In this document: positions 23,366 through 49,570 of the stretch, piece after piece
Numbering within the stretch: the first letter of the stretch is position 1
Layout of the letters: the number at the start of each line of letters is the position of its first letter
Origin: Bugula neritina
Taxonomy: Eukaryota; Animalia; Bryozoa
Assembly (NCBI GenBank): GCA_964035545.1
Contig: OZ037765.1
Location: 24,117,504 to 24,181,503 of the forward strand
Reading direction: 5' to 3'
Length of the DNA: 64,000 bases
Notes under the pieces: model-generated
Database searches by the model: none
The model's input: only the letters and a program-made list of their open reading frames with translations
Told to the model about the DNA's origin: nothing
Made by a program: the position numbers and the translations under genes

Positions 23366-26300
23366 ATGTCGTCACAAACAATGAACTTGAAGAGAGATGG
23401 CCATACTCCCAGTGACGACGCTGATCGTAAGTCAACCTTTGTTATTTATCATTTATGTATCTGCTCCCCTAACCAACGGCAAAACTGAAAACAAATGCTG
23501 TGCGATTCATATCATTATCTACTTCTACTTCTAGTGGTAGTACTAGTACTTCGAATATATATATATTTATACAGTTACAGTCACAGTCAATTGCCATACC
23601 TACAATTTGTATAACTCTATAAGTATAAGTGCTAGATATAACCGATTCTATCGGTATTACTATTAGTGTTAGTATAACTCTGTGAGTGTGATTAATTATA
23701 ATACTGTAAATATATGACTAGTAGAATTAAGTATAATCATACTGTATATCGCCACCCGATACCCGAACAGGATAAAGCGGAGATATAAACAAATAATGAT
23801 AATTGTAATAATAACGTTAATTGAATATCAAAATAGTTTTAATTAAACATTTAGCACATTGCTTTAGGCCCAGCTTTAATTATTAGTGCCCAAAGTCAAG
23901 TTATAAAAATTATATTGTCATTCATATAAAAAACATTAAACTTCTAATTGGCTGAAAAATCACCTGATAACTCCTAGGCAATCAATGTATGGATGCATTT
24001 TTTCTCAATATATATGAAAGGCAGATAGCTCTTGATCTCTGTGTATGTGTTTTATTGGTTGTTGATATTGTTGAATATTATTATCATGATATATTTATAG
24101 TTAAAGAGCTAAAAATTCAGCTTTATCAATTTGTTTTACAAAGCTTTTTGCTTATTGACTGCTATTCAACTGTCTTAACTTCTAGATTGAATTACTTGCA
24201 AAAAAAGTTTAAATCCACAATCAATACAACTATCACAATAACTATCAAATAATTTTCTTATGATTATCATTTGATCGCAGTATCTGTATGGCTGTAAGCG
24301 TGGCCTAATAATACCAGTGCTAAGTTAGCACTGCTAACTTTGTTAGTCCAAGTATTAGTAATGTTCTAATAATCTAACTTGTTATAGCAAGAGTGTATTA
24401 ATGCTTGTAGAATCTGTGAGTTGGCCACCAGAGAAGAAAAAAAAGAGGCGATCAAGGTGGGCTAATGACGAAGCCGATAAAACATTTATTCCTGGTATGC
24501 CAACAACCCTTCCGGCAGATGCAACTGATGAGCAAAAAGAACAATATTTGCGTAAGTATAGCCACATTACTGTCTATATGTTTTATATATAAGTGTAATG
24601 TAAGCATGTTTCTCCAACTTAATAACAACCTAATATATTTATTTTGTTGCAGTTCATGAGATTATGGCATTCAAGAATCTAAAAACACCCAACTTGAAAG
24701 TATTATGTTATTGCCACTGCTAACTCAGATGTTAATATGTTATTTTCTATAATGTTAACATATTTTTTTCATTTTTCTCCTTAACCAAAACTTTAGTTCA
24801 GCTACAGATAGAGGAAAGTAGTAGAAGACTTCGATCAGGAGACCTGGGAATTTCTGCTAACCCCGAGGAAAGGTTGGCCAAGTGACAGTTACTGCTGCCA
24901 TCTACTCGCTACTGATGATAATAATAAGCACTATGTTATCTCTTTTAGCTACAGCATTTAAAATTTAGAAACTTCCAGATTATAAATTTGTGTGGTGCAT
25001 GGTTGGTATAAGTATTTGATACTCAAGTTTGCATTTTTCTAAAAATTGAAGAAAGTTGGTCAATAGGGTGAATTTTGTCATTCATGCTAAATGTTAGTCA
25101 TTTAACCATAAGAGATCTTTGAAATTTACTTACTCCCGTTTTTGTCAAACTGAATTTTAGTGGGTGAAAAAATATTAATACTCACTCATCATTATTTAGT
25201 AACTTTTGCCTAATATTTCTTTCTTGTTACAGATTGCATTAGTTCATTATTTTGACTGTATTTTAACAGCAGCATGCAATGCTTCTATTGAGCAAACCAC
25301 TTGATTTGGTTTGAATATACTAATTAATGATCCTTTAAATTTGCAGCTCCTCACTTGCTGTTTTTGTTTATTGATGCAATAACAGAATTCTATTGCAAGA
25401 TAGATATAATCTAATTAATATTTTACATAGGTGAAATTCATGACAGATGGAGGGCTTTACTGAAGACAACAATTTTAAGATTTTATGAAATATTTTGTGT
25501 ATTGTTTATACTTGAAATAATCAATGGGTTTATTTTAGGTGTAAATTCATATCCTTAACTTTTCTGTTGTCACGTAAATTAAAGTATAGCTAAGTTATGA
25601 CATTCGTGCATACAGTAGAATGGAGTTTTAGAAGCCAATAGTGTCTATATAACATTGTTGACTAATTAATAGTACTATTTAATACTTGCCAAAGTAGGCA
25701 GTTGGGCCTAGCCATGCTAGAGTAAGCTGTTTTTTGTAAAGGTTATTTTACATCAACTGATAAACCATTTGAAAACATAATTTTCAAGTGGGAGTAACGA
25801 TGTAGCCTGCTAAATCATGTAAATGTGTAAGGGTTTAGACATGAAGTAATGGTCCTTCTATTGTTCTATAAGAAAATTAGAAAACCTACAAGATTCAAGT
25901 TTGACAGTTCTTGCATCCTTAGATTGTTGAGTAATATAGAACTGCTGTTCTGCTAGAACATCAGAAATTACCATTATACCATTATTAATATTGGTGTAAA
26001 TTCTGTTAGGGTTCGGGTGCAGCTGGTTAATGTTAATGCAAATAAAATGATATGTAAAAATTTTGGTAGTAATAGTTAGAAGGCTAGGGTTTGTGTGGAT
26101 TTTGTTTGTACCGCCATTTTACCAATAAGTTGATTCTGCCAGATCTCCATCTCCTGAGCCTATATACAACAATGAAGGAAAGCGTATGAATACCAGAGAG
26201 TACAGGACACGGAAAGCTTTAGAAGAAGACCGACATGAAAAAATCCAAAAGCTGCTTGCACTCAATGCTAATTACAAACCACCAACAGATTACAAGTAAT

Positions 26301-29185
26301 GCAATTCTCAACAGATATAATTTTCATATTTTTTTAAGACACTCAGTCTAATGATAGGGAAATTTGTATATGGCTATTGCTTTGCAGATGGCCATGTTGT
26401 ATGGATATATGCAATTAACAATACAGCTGTGATATATACATGTGTGTGTTGTGTGTTCTACTCATCTATGTTGCAGTGTTAGTTATCGTTTCTTACATGT
26501 AGACCTCCAATAGTCAGGGTCAATGACAAAGTATTTATACCTCAAGACGACCATCCTGAGATAAACTTTGTTGGACTATTAATTGGGCCTCGTGGAAATA
26601 CTCTGAAGACGCTGGAGAAAGAGGTATTCTAACGACTAACAGTCAAGTTTTCTTTACCGAGTTTTAAAAATAAATGTGTATCTATTACTATCTAAGAATC
26701 TGTGGCTGTGTGGTTCAAATTCTATAAGAGTCACTGGTAATCAAAGGATGGGTTTTCTATCACCAATGATTTGCCTAATGCTTTGGAAGCCCAAACTGTG
26801 TTACCAGGTATATGGCCAGGTAGTCAAGTTTTTTACTGTATCTAATTTGCTTAGCATCACTCATTTTTAGTATATACTTTTGTAGACTGGTGCCAAAATA
26901 ATCATTCGTGGTAAGGGATCTGTAAAAGAAGGAAAGATAGGAAGAAAAGATGGCCAACCATTGCCAGGTGAAGATGAACCGCTGCATGCATATATTACAG
27001 CAAATGACCCTGAATTTGTTAAAAAGGCTGTAGCAAAGGTATGCCAATGTGTAATGTTCATTTACTTTTTAGTATTAACCTACATTATATATTAATACAA
27101 ATAATCTGTGGAAATATTTTGGGAGGTAGTTTTATGAGAGAAGGTGCTCTGAAAGCTTCACATAATATATTCAGAACTAGTTCGCTGTGTTGAAATTGTT
27201 GTAATACTCATTTTCCTGCTGATGTTTTGACTAATACTATCAGAGTAAGTTTATTTAGAGGAACATAATCAGTTGTTATATGGTTTTCACCTGTAGATTC
27301 ATGAAATCATCAAAGAAGGCATAGAAATACCAGAGGAAAAGAATGACTTGAGAAAACAGCAACTCAGAGAGCTAGCTCTTCTGAATGGAACCCTCCGTGA
27401 TAATGATGGCCTACAGTATGTATAAATACCACACTAGTCATACAGCAGTTGCCTATACTCTCCAGCTATAAGACTCTGTCGGTTTAGCTTGAAAACATTA
27501 TCACCTGTAATGAAATATTCTTGTTTCACTTGTTTTCAGAGTACTACATAACTTTTGTTGCCAAGAAATCTTGCTGCGTTGTGCTTCACCTTTTGTACAT
27601 TGAAAAAAAGTCATGTATACTGATTAGCAATTTAGTTAGAACTTTATTGGCTGAATATTCTGTATTTATGGATTGTTTTCAGGAAGTTGAGACAAATTGC
27701 TGAGGCAGAAACTATCATTACTAATCAGATTATCTGTACAAAATGTGGTGCGGCTGGCCATATAGCTAGAGATTGCGTACAAAAAACACCAGCAGAATTG
27801 GCTCAGTCCCAAATGGTCGCCACTAAAGGAATGGGAGATCTACCAACCAATACCATTGTTGGAAGGCAAGATCGGGCAAAGATGGATTCAGAATACATGT
27901 CCTTAATGGCAGAGCTCGGGCAGGTACACAGTTTTGCACACTCTTGAGGCAACCAATTTGTTATTTTAGCTGCTGATGCCACTTAAATCTTGCATACTTC
28001 ATATTGCTTGACTTATCAAATTTTGGGACTTTTTCATGTATAGGTTGCACCAGAAACAGTAAAGGCGGAACTGGCATCTAAAATGCCACAGCAAACAATG
28101 AACCAGGCAGTTCCTGCAGCTAATGGCAATGATTATACTAAAGGTAGTGCAGATGTTCACGTAGCAGCTTCAAATACGCCCACTCTGAGTGCAGACTATG
28201 GTTATGGAGGCCGCAGATCTAGATTTGATGAATTTAACACCAGGAATTTCTCCAATGAAAGATTTGGTGGCCCTCAGTCTTTTAATAACATGAGACCAGG
28301 TGGCCCACCTAGGTTTGATCAATCTTTGAGACCAGGTCACCTCCCCCGCTTTGATCAAGGCCCACAACCTAGATTTGGCCAATCTCGGCCCCCTTTTCCT
28401 TACAATCAAGGACCACATCCTCATTTTGACCAGTCAACACCGTTTGATCAAAGGCCTCCCGGCAGTCGTTTTGACAGAGGACCCCCTGAACACCAGGGTC
28501 TTCAAGGGTAATTAATTTATGAAGTTATTAGTGACCAGCATTTTACTTTCTTTCTGTAATGCTCATTTCTCATCCTTTGCCTTATGTTTCATCTAGTTGG
28601 GAGGCACCCCCTCAACCACCTGGTAGTGGCAACATGATGAACAGTAACAGGTGGGGCTCTCCAGCTGGTGTAGCACCTCCACCACCACCAATGCTCTCTC
28701 CACCAGGTATATGCATAACCACTAGGTACATGTTTCTACTTGAATGTAATATTTGTTGGCTGCTTACATTGCCATTTCTAAAAATATTGCGATGCGTCAT
28801 TTCATAATTTTTAGCACCACCGCCGCCAATGTCTACCTCGTTTGGGCCTCCGCCACCACCTCCTAGCTCGTGGTCTCGTCCTCAAAGTTAGTTTTAATAT
28901 ATTAAAATGATAGACTTGTAATAACCCAGTTGAGTATGTATAAATGTTTTGTGCAATTGATTGCTTAGTTGATTACCAGTGTATTCCTACAGAAGTAACT
29001 ATATTATTGTAGTGGACAATGCTTCTTGGCATCAGTCAGCAGCACCTACTCCACCATGGCAAAGTCATAGCAGCTACGGGTCAAATCCAGCTGCACCACC
29101 TCCCCCACCGCCAAGTTCAGAAAGCTATGGGAATTTCAGCAACTATGTATCAAATCAGTTACCGCCACCACCACCTCCGCAATAG
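23366..29185 (+). CDS. SF1: Splicing factor 1 / branchpoint-binding protein (multi-exon)
   Basis: Exon 1 at 23366-23426. [21 protein letters not shown] motif (26143+), KH domain [15 protein letters not shown] / [14 protein letters not shown]2 [17 protein letters not shown] knuckle [14 protein letters not shown], proline-rich C-terminus. TAG 29183-29185. Confidence 0.95.
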
Positions 29186-29690
29186 TCTTTTTTAGTTCGA
29201 GTGAAATAATCTTTTTTTATTGTTAATATGTGTATATATAATATTATTAAATAATTAGTTCACCTATTTAATAGCTGCATATAATATTTTAAGTAATTGG
29301 TTAGATTCTTTAGAGAAGCAAATACAATACATAATGTTCAATCTAAAATTCATAGTTGGCACTGTTAATTATGTTACAAATATGCAGAGTGTGCAAGGAT
29401 ACTTGATGAAGTCAACATGTTTGCATTGCTGCCAAGCAAGTAGTTACTGGTAACATAATATACCAATAATAAATTACCATCTTTACAATACAAGCATAGG
29501 ACTTGGCCACACAAATCCATGTACATTACATTCTTTATCTGCTGCACCCAGCTAGGAAAATATAGATGCTGGCTAGCTCTAAAAAAGTTTTGACTAGATG
29601 CGAGACAGAATTGCTCATGTCAATCTTAAGCTACAGCAAAACATCTCATGGTTAATTAATCAAAACAGAAAATCCTGTATTAGTTTGCAG

Positions 29691-41823
<12,133 letters not shown>

Positions 41824-42234
41824 TGGCGGTAGGCCATTAGATTTGCACTTAATCTAAATCATAATGATAATCACTATCATTATCAGTATGACTCAACCAT
41901 AATGACTACTAGTACTATCAGTATCTCAATTGACAACCACAATGACCAAGTCTAATGAGTCACAATCTCAATCTAAATCTGACTCTTTGCCTTGCACAGT
42001 TGGCGTTGCAGTTGCACTTGCAGTCTGAGCCTTGGGAGTTGAACTTGAACGTTTCACTTAAATTGAATTTTTAAAATGAGCAGCTATTAAAACTAAAAGA
42101 TATAAATGCTCAGTATCAACAAACCTTTTAAGTATGTCTACTATTATCCCGAAGAATAGTTTAACAGTATATTTTCATTTTGTACAGTTATCTTCAATCG
42201 GCAACTAAAATTCAGTAGCTAGGCAAATTTGGAA

Positions 42235-42243
42235 AAGATGGCG
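42235..42243 (+). promoter_or_regulatory. YY1-type motif in the divergent calcineurin A / PBLD promoter interval
   Basis: AAGATGGCG matches the YY1 core and lies between two head-to-head genes. Confidence 0.4.
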
Positions 42244-42671
42244 TAAACAATTGATGACTGACCTAAATATATTTTATCGTTCTAGTTTCGCAATACATTT
42301 TGCTATTTGCTAAAAATATTTTATTATTTTTTTATTTTTGAACAGTTTTTAAATATTTTGCGCATTTTTAAATTAAGACAATTTTTATAAACTTTTGACT
42401 TACAAATATTTGAGAAAAAATAACTATAAGAATTAGTGCGTTACTACTCATTGAGTCACTCACACACGCCCTTTTTTACCAATGCAATGCTTTATTTGGA
42501 TTAACATTATATTTAGTTGTAAAATAATAAATATGTTATAGGTTTTAACCTTGTATTATAAGCAATTGTTACTGAAAGTATACAATATTATATATCTGTA
42601 GATTTAAATGGTTGCTAATCGTTGTGCTGGACTCAAAGTCAATCATATTCATAATGATAATCAGTGGCCGT

Positions 42672-42838
42672 GGGTGCAGGTTATTTCGTACACAAGTCGT
42701 TTCGTACTCACTTTTCAGGTCGTTTCGTACACATCTGATAGGTCGTTTCGCACGCACAATTAACTAAAATGCATATTTATTTATTTATTGATGTATGAGT
42801 CAAACTCAATGTCATTGTCATCGAGTACTGCTCACAAG
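42672..42838. mobile_element. Fragment of MITE family 1 (one end, no SINE)
   Basis: GGGTGCAGGTTATTTCGTACACAAGTCGTTTCGTACTCACTTTTCAGGTCGTTTCG... aligns to the reverse complement of 21301-21451 and continues into CTGCTCACAAG, as at about 21086-21096. Confidence 0.75.
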
Positions 42839-43957
42839 TATTACTATTAGTAATACTAATAGTATTAGTTCTTGCACATTTCATTTTCATTTTGCCGCAT
42901 AATTATTTATTGTTGTGATAAGTGGATGTCAGTACATCGTTAATGGTTATATTTTTTGTTTTAAAAACATGCTCATGCTTTAATTGTAAACTTAGACGAA
43001 ATTTTCTGATATTTGCAAAGCCAAAAGCTTCAATGTTATTAATATCTTTATAATTCTAAATTATTAAGCAAAGTATTACTACTTTACCCATATGGGGTAA
43101 TAAAAGCAGTTATTTAGTTATTCATAATTTTGTATTGCTATGCTTATTGTGTTGTACTTGTTTGGTGAAGAGATGTATAATTTTATTTAGCTTAGGTGTA
43201 TAACCTTTGGTTTGGTTTGGTTTAATTTTAGATTTTAAATATAATTGCTTTAGTCACAATTGGATAAGTTTCTATGCTGCAACTATTCACTGGAAATTGT
43301 ATTATTATAAAAGACTTTAACTCTACGCCTGCATTGGCATTGACATTTTATTCTAACGGCTGGTCTTCTGTTCCTTGTGATTTTATATAACTGGTAGAAA
43401 CAAGAGCTTCAACTTTTACTTTTAGCTTAAGATTTGTTAATTAATTCGATCAAATATTATTCGACAAGATCATACTTTTTTTCTGGAATGCACCACATTT
43501 GCAACAGCAATAATAACTTTAATTTGAATTGTAACAGTAGTATACATATGGACATGTTTAGAAGTGTTGTGAGCACTATCATTGACTATTAACTCAATAT
43601 TTGAATCATGTTGCAAGCATAAAAGCATAGCTTAAAATTTTCTTGATGAATAAAATCCAGACATTGTAAGAGTAAATATAACCATATATCAAACCATGGT
43701 TCAGATTTTTAGAAAGCACTAGATAACCTTAGCTGCAAATAGATTTGACAATATAAATAGACTGTAATTCCCCAAAATTATCATGTAATTTTACATAATG
43801 CATTCGAATAATGCTACTGCAACAAGATATTTTTTCCTAACACATGCATCATAATATGTAAGCATTTCACAACAATGTTTTTCAATATCAACTAATATGT
43901 TATGTAATAATTCTGATAGAATAATGTAAGGTAATTATATTTTAATAGCATGAAGTG

Positions 43958-46900
43958 ATGGAGTTGCCAATATACACAGTGGATGCCTTTACAACACACC
44001 CATTTGAGGGAAACCCTGCAGCTGTATGTATAATTAAACATGACCAGGTAATACTGCAGCTTCTACTTTTAAGTTATGTTAATTTTACAATCTTTCTTTA
44101 CTTTGTCAGTTAAAAATTGAGAAACAATATTGTTCGTTTCTTTTTAGCTATTTAGGCAATTTCTAAAAGCAAACAAAATGTTGTACAAATCATGTGCACA
44201 CTTGTAGACATTTTCAAATTTAGTAATTTACAAAATTATTTAAAATGTTGAGCTCTGTTTCAAAGATCGCTGAAATTTTCAAGTTAATCAAAAATATTGA
44301 GGAAAAGTATTAACATTTGAGAAGATTGAAGATATTCTTTTGCTATTGGAATATCTTTTCTCCACCATGACTTTCTCTTTCTGGTTGACCAACTTAATAC
44401 GGGTAGTTAATAAACATTTTTTGTTTCTATTTATCAACACATAACTTTTGCTATCCACATAGGATGTGGATCCATCCATCATGCAATCTATTGCTAAAGA
44501 GATGAATCTTTCTGAAACAGCTTTTGTGCAGCTACTGAATCCAAGTGTAGCGTCTGTTGGTAAGTTTTGATTTTATATAGTCTATGTCTAATATATATTT
44601 TATATATTTATTTAGATCACATTTGTTGAATATCTAATGTGCTGAATATAACTTGCTTGTAAATAAAAGTGAACCGTTACATAATGCAGTGCTATAAAAA
44701 AGCTTGCATTCTTTTACATTTTAATTCACCTCAATTTATGCTATCTATGTTTTCTGCATATTTTACATTTTGGAAATTGTTATTATTTCGTACTTCCTCT
44801 ACTGTCAGATTATCCAAACTCACGTTATATTGCAGATAAAGTATTTGGGCTGCGCTGGTTTACTCCTACCACTGAAGTAAACCTTTGTGGACATGCAACT
44901 TTAGCCTCTGCTGCCGTATTGTTCCAGCACTATGCACACCTTTGTGATCATCTGGTGAAATTTAAAACCCTGAGTGGAATTTTAACTGCTAACAGTGAAC
45001 ATGGTCAGATAACTTTAGACCTCCCTCTTGCTGACTGCACTTCACAGGTTAGCAAGCTAACTTTAGTAGCTCACTGTTACTGGTGCACCATAGGTTTTGT
45101 TCTGTACACTTCTGGGGGAAACTGACAATCCTAACCTCATCTATTTCTGCTCTGTCTTGTTCAGGTAGAGGGTTTGAGGAAAATGGCAATGTTGTCATTC
45201 AATCATTATGTAATGTGATGTGCATTTTCCAACCATATATGATTGAAAAATTACAAATAATTACAAAACAATTTATTGTTTTGTAATTATTTTCAAATCT
45301 AAAATATTATTAGGAAATGTTCAAATTGATGGCTTGTGGTTTAAGTTGAGCAATTCCCTTTTTTTGTGCCATGAGGTGTAGTAAAATTATTACAGAATGA
45401 TGTGGAACTACTTTTCTTATTGTGTGATTAAAGCTAGGATAATTATTGTTTTTTAATGTTTTAATAGAACACCTTTTATATGACTAAATAATAATCTTCT
45501 ACTTCTTATTATTCAAAGGGTTTGTGTTTTAATATTTTAGATTTCAAAAACTGCAGATTCAGTGGTACAGGTATTTAAATTATAATTTTATATTATTAAA
45601 TGATACTTGGTTTAGTAAGCTGGAATTTGATTTATTATGAAAGTTTAGAACTGAAATATATAATACTCGCAACTCATTTTATTTGCAAGTTTGTAAAAAA
45701 ATTGAAATATTTTTTCAAGAAGAGCTATCTGATATTTATTATATAGAAGGCGATGTATTATACTCCAAACTATGTACATGGCCTTACAGTGTATGCTATG
45801 TCATATAAATTTAATGTTTTGGTATCAGCTCTGATATATTTTACAGAAAGTTTTACTGGAATTCAACAGTTCAATTCAGAAGTCTGATGTGAAAACATAC
45901 TATTCTCCTATGACAAAGAAATTACTAATCAGACTACCAGATGAATGTTCAAGGTACTACTTACTATTGATCGCAGAGAGTTGTTGTTTGTAAAAAGATT
46001 GTTTACTATTATAGCAGAGTTATCTACTCTTTATTTATGCTTCAATTTTGCATGCTTTCAAAATTTTGTGTTGTGTTATCATCTAATTGGAAGTTTGCAG
46101 ATATTCAATATTTATCAAAAAGTTAACACTCTTCTACATATCAACCTTTGCATACATTTCCTACTGTTATCTTACCATTTTAGACAAATGATACGTTAGT
46201 GTTCAGAGATATCACACTTTGTAAACAGGTTGAGTAGCAAAATCTATAATTTTCTTGTTAACTGGAGATTATGACACTTGTAAAGGACACCAGTCAAAAT
46301 GCTAGCAGTTTTTTGTATTGACTCCATCTCTCAGTTTTATAAAACTGAGAGATGGAGACTAGATTGAATAAGATTTTTCAAACACTAGAGCATGCATTTA
46401 TATTTACTCTTAGTTTAGGGTTTTAATAATTAAATTATTTATTCTATACTATCTTCTACTAAAATGTCAACTTTAATGCGTACATTTCTCCTATATTGCT
46501 TAACTGAGAATAAAGTCTAGTAGTTGAAATCTGACTAATAGCTGAAAAGCAGTTCATATTAGATGATTGCAAATAAAAGATTTTACAGCACAAAATTGCT
46601 GTTTGAGAAATAGTGAGTTGAAATGAAATAGAATTAAGCGAATTTAACAATTTTCTTAACTTTCCTCCTAATAACAAAAACATGTATTAAAAATTGTTTC
46701 TTTTGTACACATTTATAATTGAGTACTTATTGAATGATTTGATCTGAAAGTTGTCGTATCAGGCATTATGATCAGAAATTGTTATATCTGTTGATTCAAT
46801 TTTAGATCACAGCTAGAATCTTTTCCAGTGCCAGATGCTAGCAATCTCTTAAAAACCCATGATGGTACTGACATTAAAGGCGTTATAGTCACTGTCTTAG

Positions 46901-48362
46901 GGGGAGGGGCAGACAAGGATAAGAAACCTTATGATTTTGTGTCTAGGTACTTTGCACCCTGGGTTGGTATTCCAGAGGATCCAGTTACAGGTCAGTATTT
47001 TAAAACATTGCCGAAATGTTAATCACTTTCCTAACCATTCAACAAGACAACTAGTTAGTGGGACATTTTACATAAATGTTATATAATAATACAAGTAATT
47101 TTATAAAATTTTACTTTCTGCCGTAGCTAAATCCTTAACCCAGACCTTATTTAACGTTAACACAACATTAAGGTTTTAATTAATGTGCTTTGCTGCACCG
47201 TTACAATTCATGATGTAAGCAATATGATAGTTTAACTTGTGTAATTTATTTCACTTTGTAAAAAAGTATTGTTTTATATTTTTTAAGGTTCTGCTCACAC
47301 AGTGCTTGGCAAATATTGGTCCGAAGTTTTAAGCACACCTCATTTATATGGTATGTATGGCATGTTTGTTTAGTTTTCCAATTTCCAATAGTTTGGTAGA
47401 AATTTGAAATTATTTCTCAAAATAGCTTAAATATTTTTTTTAGTAAATGGTTTCTTTCACACAATGCATTATCTTGTTTCAAAGAATTCTCCGTAATTGT
47501 TAAATGTGATCTGTGTTTGGCTTTATTTAGCAAGATTGATTCTGGTTGCTCATATTATATTACTTGCACTTGAGTAATGCCATACCTATGTTTGGTATAA
47601 TTTTGGGAGTTTTATTTTATAATCTACAAATATTACAGGTTTTATTATTTCCAATGAGATGCAAACGATACCGATTTTGTCATGTTTTAGCCATAAATAA
47701 GCCCAATAAATTTCAAGAATATTTTGCCTCTGTTCATAATCACTACAACAACCACATTTTCATTTAAGAATTTGACAATGACACTGTGCTTTGTTGTTGC
47801 AAGACCTCCTCTCAACTATTCCCTTATGAAAACAACAAATAAAATATCGCAAATGCTATATTTTCATGAATTATGAACCAATTTTAATTTTTGGTTTGAA
47901 TTTGCCAGTGTGTATTAAATATAGTAAAAAGACTTGATGAATTTATTCATAGAAGCACTATAAAAAATTTCAAGTTTTTTATTTTGCTCAGGGGCTGTGA
48001 AGAAATTCTTTTGAGGTTTAATTCACAGGGAATGAGAGTTTCAGCAAAAAACTGAGAAACTGTAAATGCTGCATCTGGTAAACTACATTAAAGTCTTGTG
48101 ATATGCACACTGGGAAATTTCTTAAATAGTATCATTATCGGGCAGTTCTTGCTTGCTTGACTGTAGGTTAGCCAAAGTTTTTACCTGATCCAAACTATTG
48201 TTAGAAATAAGCTTTTAACGTTCAGACATACTGTTGTTTGCAGCTCGCCAGTGTAGTAGCCGGGGAGGCAACCTCTTACTAACTGTTGACGAAAAAAGTG
48301 GAAGGCTGTTTGTTGCTGGTAAAGCTTGTATTGTGTTGACTGGAAAATTCATTCTTCCTTAA
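43958..48362 (+). CDS. PBLD: Phenazine biosynthesis-like domain protein (PhzF family), 8 coding exons
   Basis: Exons 43958-44047, 44463-44559, 44836-45047, 45541-45570, 45847-45953, 46806-46990, 47288-47350, 48244-48362. Motifs VDAFT..PFEGNPAAVC, EMNLSETAF, RWFTPTTEVNLCGHATLA, SRYFAPWVGIPEDPVTGSAH, QCSSRGG. Confidence 0.95.
46322..46357. repeat. Perfect 36-bp palindrome in a PBLD intron
   Basis: CTCCATCTCTCAGTTTTA|TAAAACTGAGAGATGGAG is its own reverse complement. Confidence 0.9.
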
Positions 48363-49535
48363 ATTACAAAAGGAACTGTCTGGAATTGCTGTACAAGTCT
48401 AAACATGTTGTTAGTTTTCAACTCTGCTGTTGCAGCATTCTATCTACCAATAATATATTTCCGTTTTTTGATAATAATATTTTTATTAATCGCTGGGCTC
48501 TCAACACTAGTAAAGTACAGCGTAAATAAGTTACTTCTTTGTTATACCAATGCTTGAGTTTGCTGTTGTAGTTGACCTAAAACTTGATGAGTCTGCAATT
48601 TTAGTTTGTTTCTGTATTCACTCATAGCTTGACATCTATATACCTGTTTAAATATCTCCAGTATTTCTCTACGTTTAGTAAGCAGACATTCTCTAAGTGT
48701 TTGCAGCCAGGTGCTTATATTGAATCTGAAATCTCATTATTTTATTAGAATTCTAGTCTCTTCCTTATCGTCTTTTAAGATCTCTTTTGATACTGAACTA
48801 CATTGACCAGATTGCAAAATTACTATCTTTTGTGTAATTTTCATTTATATTTTGTAAAATGCTAAGCATAGATATAGAAAAAGTTTAATCCTTAAACCTG
48901 GTGCTTAGATGTTAAGGTCATAATATTTAAAACATTTTTTGCTTACATAATAAATGTAAAATGCATTAGTCACAAAACGCTGTTAATTTACACTTCTGAA
49001 ATTATATTACCTAATCTTATTTGCTTTCTTTTAATTATTGTACTTCAACTTGTTATATCGTAAAATGCAACACGTCAATTTATTTTTAAGAAGCTATGCA
49101 ATGATAAATTATGAAAATAGTGGCTTTCATATTTATAAAGAATAAAGAGCTTGAAGTTTACCTAAATTATTTGAATTCGTTACATAAATAATCTCAATTT
49201 TTAAGTCAAGTAGTTCATCAAAGTTTGCAGTCACATTTAAAAAGACAAGTTTTTCAACTTTGGAACACATTTTTTATGTTTCCTATTTTTATATAAACTT
49301 AGTGCCATAATGACAAACTTTTGCACATTTCAGACTATAAATCGATAAGTCTATATTATATTTGTATAAATAGTTGTTATCAATTTAGGTTATCTCTCAC
49401 AGCTCAGTATAAAAAGATTGCTACAACCTTGAAGCTTTTTCTGTGTATAATTATGCTACAATACACCATCTACAATAGCTAATTGGGGGTGAATGTAATT
49501 ATTATTTGTTATATTATGTAATAATTAGGGTTTAC

Positions 49536-49570
49536 TGACGCATCAGTATATTGATTGGTACTTATAAATA
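49536..49570 (+). promoter_or_regulatory. Probable TATA-box promoter of the KCNE-like gene
   Basis: TGACGCA (49536), inverted CCAAT (49554-49558) and TATAAATA (49563-49570), followed by donor CAG|gtaagc at 49886 and an acceptor at 51164-51165 just upstream of ATG 51200. Confidence 0.55.

Noticed and set aside
28170-28800. Minus-strand ORFs 28170-28424 and 28612-28800
   Set aside because: Antisense shadows of GC-rich SF1 exons.
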